Shown here in pieces: positions 61,411-64,000 of a DNA stretch of 64,000 nt. The stretch spans positions 1 through 64,000 of the forward strand of contig CAVNZM010000024.1 in assembly GCA_963693365.1 (NCBI GenBank), in the 5' to 3' direction. Numbering within the stretch: position 1 is the first letter of the stretch; the number at the start of each line of letters is the position of its first letter. Origin of the DNA: Amoebidium appalachense. Its lineage: Eukaryota > Protista > Ichthyosporea. The notes below the pieces were generated by a model. That model did no database searches, had not been told where the DNA came from, and was given only the letters and a program-made list of their open reading frames with translations. The position numbers and the translations under genes were made by a program.

Positions 61411-61617
61411 CTAGGTTTGGGTTGGGCTCTGGTGCTTGGCGGTGTGCCGCTTGAGGCTCAGAGCATACCGAAACTGCCGCCCGCACCCTGCATGCGTGCA
61501 CACGTGTCGCAGGGCGCCTGTGTGCTTGTCGCTGTGCGCGGCAAAGTTGCTGTTGCGGGTGGTGAAATAGCTGCAGCCGTCGACTGTGCACCGATACACC
61601 TTATACTCCTTGACCAT
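61411..61617 (-). CDS. Two-finger C2H2 zinc-finger protein (alternative start 61689)
   Basis: YRCTVDGC...HSDKHTG and CTHAGCGRQF...LKRHTAKH. Confidence 0.8.
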   Translation of the reverse strand: MVKEYKVYRCTVDGCSYFTTRNSNFAAHSDKHTGALRHVCTHAGCGRQFRYALSLKRHTAKHQSPTQT

Positions 61618-61688
61618 GACAGCGCCTCGGTCAGACCGGCACGTGCATAGGAACATTGTGTTACAGAAGTGGGAGAAAATAAATTCCA

Positions 61689-62384
61689 TCACGACTGCTC
61701 CTGGCTGTTAATGACCTGGCTGTCGATCCTGTAGCAATACAGAACATTGTTTGTTTCAGACACACGTGGGTGGTCTGGCCAGCGCGTCACCCTTTTTGCT
61801 TTGACGCCGATAGGTTTTCCCAGAATCTTCCTGAGGTTTACGCCAAAGATTTTCAAACTTGGAGTAGCTGTGTTAGAAGTATTCCGTTTATGCCACGAAA
61901 GGTATAGTTGGTACAGGTCAGATGAAGTCACGCGGCAGTCATCCTTTATGAAAGTCATGTCCTCACATCCATTGGTATGAGAGACCAAATCTTTTAAAAA
62001 TTGCTGTTCGGCTTGTTTCTGCTGGGCATTCTTGGGTTTTGCAGTTTCTGCTTTGGCGAGTGGACCCCACATATGCTGCAGTGTATCATGCTCGGTGGTG
62101 ACGGTAATGTTATGGCGCATCATGGTTTCCACAGCTACCTTGTATGTGTTGGCGGGGGCGTAGCCATATAGATGGACTCGTGCACGGTGGGTGGGGTAGT
62201 AATCTGTGTATGCAAGCACCTGCCCCATTGCCGATTTCCAACGTTGAACCTTCTTTACTTCAATGACTTCTGTGTCCGTCAGCAGGTCGATCCTACCGGC
62301 GGGAGTATGCACCTCGCTCTTCCCACCCTCCAGTCGCATAAGTCGGTCCCTCACCAAACCTTCGTCACACAGCGTGCTAGCCAT
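61689..62384 (-). CDS. PD-(D/E)xK-like nuclease domain fused to the helicase-type C-terminal winged-helix-like domain (231 aa)
   Basis: EVHTPAGRIDLLTDTEVIEVK...WKSAMGQVLAY...YYP...HLYG; FLKDLVSHTNGCED...LYQLYLSW parallels the helicase C-termini. Confidence 0.75.
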   Translation of the reverse strand: MASTLCDEGLVRDRLMRLEGGKSEVHTPAGRIDLLTDTEVIEVKKVQRWKSAMGQVLAYTDYYPTHRARVHLYGYAPANTYKVAVETMMRHNITVTTEHDTLQHMWGPLAKAETAKPKNAQQKQAEQQFLKDLVSHTNGCEDMTFIKDDCRVTSSDLYQLYLSWHKRNTSNTATPSLKIFGVNLRKILGKPIGVKAKRVTRWPDHPRVSETNNVLYCYRIDSQVINSQEQS

Positions 62385-62440
62385 TGTAGTTGGCGCTAGA
62401 AAAAATATACAAGCCACGACACCCGATGCTGTGCATACCA

Positions 62441-62540
62441 GTGAGGGCTTGAGGGGCTGTGGGTGGCTCCCGTGGCACACGTGCCTCGCGGGCCTCGCGT
62501 GCCTCGCATGCCCCTCAGGGCCCCCCAGGCGCCCCCGCAG
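62441..62540. repeat. GC-rich intergenic repeat, copy 3
   Basis: GAGGGGCTGTG, GGCTCCCGTGGCACAC, G(T/G)GCCTCGC x3, GGCCCCCCAGG. Confidence 0.75.
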
Positions 62541-63015
62541 TGTTGAACGTACGGCTGTGGGTAGACGTGTATCGCTGGTTACGGACACGGGTCTTGGGGT
62601 CGGGGTCGCTGGGGTCGAAAACAATACCACCGTCGTAGACGACCATTTGGCTGCTGTCCAGATGCCATGAGCCCTTGTATGTTTCCACCTTTTTGCCCGT
62701 CGGGTTGTATTTGAACTTGTACTTGGACAGCATGTCGGCCACCTTCTTCTTGGACTTGACCTCATGGACGAATCTCCCATCCTTGAAACGCTTGAAGAGG
62801 TACACACCGTCCGGGCGGGAATAAGCCACTAGTGTACGACAGAACGTGTGGATCTGCTCCTCGGTCCACTCGTAATTCTCGACAATGTCTGCGTCCAACC
62901 AGTTGTTGCGCGTGCCTGTTGTCCGCTCAAACTCTTCGTATGTCGCCAGTTTGCGCTGCTCGTTCTCGGACATGTCCGCGGCGATCTGCATGTATAGATC
63001 GTCCATGTTGTCCAT
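62515..63015 (-). pseudogene. N-terminal fragment of a DUF5906 helicase paralog, truncated before the ATPase domain
   Basis: VVYDGGIVFDPSDPDPKT...RTFNT aligns with LMYDRLVFDPASPDPRT...RTFNL of the 54953 gene, then runs into repeat copy 3. Confidence 0.7.
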
Positions 63016-63093
63016 TGTAGAAAGAATGGGGAGAAAATGAACCCGGGTCTGCTTAAGTACCCCCCCCCCCCTATAGCTAGCATCTGTTGGTTC

Positions 63094-63230
63094 CTGAGGG
63101 GCTGTGAGGGGCATGCGTGGCTCGCCTGCCTCGTGCTGCCCGTGAGACCACTGTGCCTCCTCTTCCTCCCCGGCCCCATGCCCTGTGTGCCACCCCCAGC
63201 CACCCCCAGCCCCCCATGCCCCCGCGCAGC
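63094..63230. repeat. GC-rich intergenic repeat, copy 4
   Basis: CTGAGGGGCTGTGAGGGG, CCCGTGAGACCACTGTGCC (identical to copy 1), CACCCCCAGC x2. Confidence 0.7.
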
Positions 63231-63242
63231 GTTGGGGAATGG

Positions 63243-64000
63243 CTAGGCCTGTTTGATCTTCTCGTAGTCGAACAAAAAAGCGTACGACGTTCCGGTTGGG
63301 GACAACGCGGGCATCCCAGGGGCAACAATCAGGTGGTTGTTTCGCACTCCCTTGTTGGGTCCAAGTATCTTGCTGAGCATGGAGCCCATGCTCTTCACAC
63401 TGGCGTACGGGATGCTCTTGGTCTTGCCGTTGAGTGAAAGCCACTCCTTGTACAGATGCAGCATTGTGGTGGCTGTAACACGGGCCCCATTGGGAAGTTG
63501 CTCGACAGACATGCCCTCGGCGCCTGTAGCCATATCTTTGAGAAACAGGAGTTCATCTGGCTGTGTCATTTCACGCAGTTCGCACCAGAGTTCAGTCTTG
63601 GGTGGAAGCGGAAGAACACGGGGAACATTTGGCATCTTCATGAAGTAGTCACAGACAGCCTGTAGGTTTGCAGGGTCTTCGTAAAACCGTGTAAAGTTCT
63701 GGTAGTAGGCTCTTGGATAGACCACTGGGGTCCCCTGCAAGCACACCCAACGACGGTCCGATTCCTCCACCCGAACGGGCCATTTCTCGTTTGAAAGCCA
63801 GACATAGCGTTCGAAACTCTTCACACACACAGCGTCCTGCCCCTTTCGCTCGATCATGTTCACCTGCTGGGTGATGCGAGCCTTCATCAGGTTCGCAATT
63901 TCCCTGTTACTGCCAAGACCCATTTCGTCGCACACAACCAGTAGCTTGTTCTCCAGATGCGCGTTGAACTTCCCCTCCAAATGCTCTCTGTGTGTGATAT
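63243..64000 (-). CDS. Second DUF5906 SF3 helicase, 5' part beyond the window
   Basis: FNAHLENKLLVVCDE, LSNE, SDRRW; frame open to the window edge. Confidence 0.85.
   Translation of the reverse strand, partial: ITHREHLEGKFNAHLENKLLVVCDEMGLGSNREIANLMKARITQQVNMIERKGQDAVCVKSFERYVWLSNEKWPVRVEESDRRWVCLQGTPVVYPRAYYQNFTRFYEDPANLQAVCDYFMKMPNVPRVLPLPPKTELWCELREMTQPDELLFLKDMATGAEGMSVEQLPNGARVTATTMLHLYKEWLSLNGKTKSIPYASVKSMGSMLSKILGPNKGVRNNHLIVAPGMPALSPTGTSYAFLFDYEKIKQA

Larger units (their letters stand above)
31990..64000. mobile_element. Giant-virus-derived (Nucleocytoviricota-like) endogenous region, continuing past the window end
   Basis: Intronless dense genes: PCNA, RFC-like, P11-like, YqaJ, DUF5760, Bro/KilA-like, DUF559, patatin, DUF5906 helicases. 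No NCLDV MCP or PolB inside the window. Confidence 0.7.

Overview
The window looks like eukaryotic DNA holding nested endogenous viral elements, in four parts. (1) 3-10613: an AT-rich, essentially non-coding 10.6-kb element with 58-bp terminal inverted repeats (5'-TGTCACG...CGTGACA-3'), built from tandem and dispersed repeats. Its right end cuts into a decayed VLTF3-like viral gene. (2) ~10.6-28 kb: a GC-rich Polinton-like virus (PLV) module with a double-jelly-roll-type major capsid, A32-like packaging ATPase, minor capsid, coiled-coil fibres, intact rve integrase and Dam-type methyltransferase. No polymerase, helicase or protease is recognisable in it. (3) ~28-32 kb: two convergent orphan genes with CCAAT-rich promoters, microsatellites and a 70-bp palindrome. 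(4) ~32-64 kb: genes typical of giant viruses (Nucleocytoviricota): PCNA, RFC-like AAA+, P11-like minor capsid, YqaJ, DUF5760, three lectin-domain fibres, protease, BTB protein, Bro/KilA-like proteins, DUF5906 helicases, Fic, patatin and a C2H2 finger. This part also has a reconstructed ~1190-aa IS630/Tc1-type DDE protein lacking its own TIRs, two inverted copies of a ~42-bp-periodic iteron-like array, and GC-rich intergenic repeats at helicase domain-shuffling breakpoints. Many frameshifts fall in homopolymer runs and may be sequencing errors. All family calls come from motif recognition by eye; no database searches were run.
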